DNA from: an uncultured Clostridia bacterium
GTDB taxonomy: Bacteria > Bacillota > Clostridia > TANB77 > CAG-508
Length of the DNA: 64,000 nt
Direction: 5' to 3'
NCBI GenBank assembly: GCA_944389125.1
Contig: CALXLF010000012.1
Span: 66,794-130,793, forward strand
This document shows positions 63,186-64,000 of this stretch, piece after piece (the stretch's first letter is position 1; each line of letters starts with the position of its first letter). The position numbers were made by a program, and so were the translations under genes. The notes under the pieces were generated by a model. That model ran no database searches. It was not told the origin of the DNA and saw only the letters and a program-made list of their open reading frames with translations.

Positions 63186-64000
63186 CTAACTTTCAAGCTC
63201 TATTAAGTTATATTTCAATTTGAGATTATCTAAAACATTTTTTTCTCTATCAGAACATGTAAAAATAATTACTTGTTTATCTTTATAATTTTTATATATA
63301 AATTCTAAGATATTTTTTAATCTTTCATCATCAAAATATACAAATGCTTCATCTAATATAATTGGCATATTCTCTTCTGCAATAGTTTTTAAACTACTAA
63401 TTCTTAAAGCTAAATACATTTGGTCAATTGTTCCAATACTTAAATTTTCTACTGAAACATATCTTCCATCATCTATCTCAACTGTTAAACCTTCTGTATC
63501 ACTAAATTTAATTTTATTATATTTTCCATTTGAAATATTACTAATCAAATTACATAATTCATTTGTAAATTCAGGGCTTAATGATTCTCTAATTTTTTCA
63601 TAAGCAATTTCCATACACTCTTTTGCAATATTATAAGAATTATTTAATGAATTTAATTCTTTTTGCTCATCTAATGCATTTGATAAATTTTCTTCAACTT
63701 TAGCTAAATCATCTAATTTATCATTCATAACCTGTTTTTCAGTTTCTTTTGCATGTAATTTTAGTTTAAGTTCATTTATTCTTTCCTCTTTATTTTCAAT
63801 TGCAACAGAGATTTCATCATAATTCATATTAAAAGCATTTTCTATAAAATCTTCACTTAAATCATTTATAAATTCCTGTTTTAAAATTTGATTTTGATTT
63901 TTGCTTTTTTCTCTTATATCTTGCTCTTTTGCAATTCTATCTTCTTGTCTTTCTTTTTTATTTTTATTCAAAATTTCAATTTCTTGATTAATTTTCTTTT
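63186..64000 (-). CDS. C-terminal part of a large coiled-coil SMC/Rad50-like ATPase (YhaN/SbcC-type); the 5' end lies outside the window
   Basis: The frame stays open upstream of the track start to position 64000. There is a coiled-coil segment, then a signature-like LSIGTIDQMYLALRI and a Walker B/D-loop PIILDEAFVYFDD. Confidence 0.6.
   Translation of the reverse strand, partial: KKINQEIEILNKNKKERQEDRIAKEQDIREKSKNQNQILKQEFINDLSEDFIENAFNMNYDEISVAIENKEERINELKLKLHAKETEKQVMNDKLDDLAKVEENLSNALDEQKELNSLNNSYNIAKECMEIAYEKIRESLSPEFTNELCNLISNISNGKYNKIKFSDTEGLTVEIDDGRYVSVENLSIGTIDQMYLALRISSLKTIAEENMPIILDEAFVYFDDERLKNILEFIYKNYKDKQVIIFTCSDREKNVLDNLKLKYNLIELES

Overview
Low-GC chromosomal segment from a Gram-positive, Clostridia-like organism. 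Hand counts give about 23-30% G+C in native 60-nt lines. No transposase, integrase, CRISPR array or rRNA was seen.

Gene content, left to right:
- Wall-hydrolase, sortase and LPKTG-protein locus.
- Large polytopic membrane protein.
- tRNA-Arg(TCT) with its own promoter and terminator.
- GNAT-type toxin/antitoxin-like pair.
- comEA and a D-Ala-D-Ala carboxypeptidase.
- A 1.3-kb GC-rich islet with two membrane proteins, abutting mntP.
- HtrA-like protease homologue.
- Dimodular NRPS (C-A-T-C-A-T-R), followed by two paralogous 7TM-PAS histidine kinases and a receiver/HD-GYP regulator.
- DUF975-like protein, tex, an ABC-F ATPase and pcrA.
- Three very large surface proteins (about 1855, 1505 and 3645 aa), which fill about one third of the window.
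- ABC-type ATPase fusion and a ZIP metal transporter.
- Spo0A_C-domain regulator.
- Second GC-rich islet encoding a secreted protein.
- ECF-like sigma/anti-sigma pair, an XRE regulator, a single receiver-like protein, prfA and a partial SMC-like ATPase.

Most notable observations:
1. Six genes are interrupted by the same 1-nt signature, NNT-CGG-R, and the reading frame resumes at a Gly codon. This is either a systematic consensus artefact or CGG-linked +1 recoding.
2. An (AG)18 tract in the 5' coding region of the giant adhesin separates its start codon and signal region from the 10.7-kb ORF. This is a classic slipped-strand ON/OFF switch, OFF as assembled.
3. The NRPS has reductase-release logic and sits next to c-di-GMP-type signalling genes.
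4. Two GC-rich islets look foreign.
5. An 8 x 23-bp tandem repeat array lies in an intergenic region.
6. A 50-bp element is shared upstream of two receiver-like genes.
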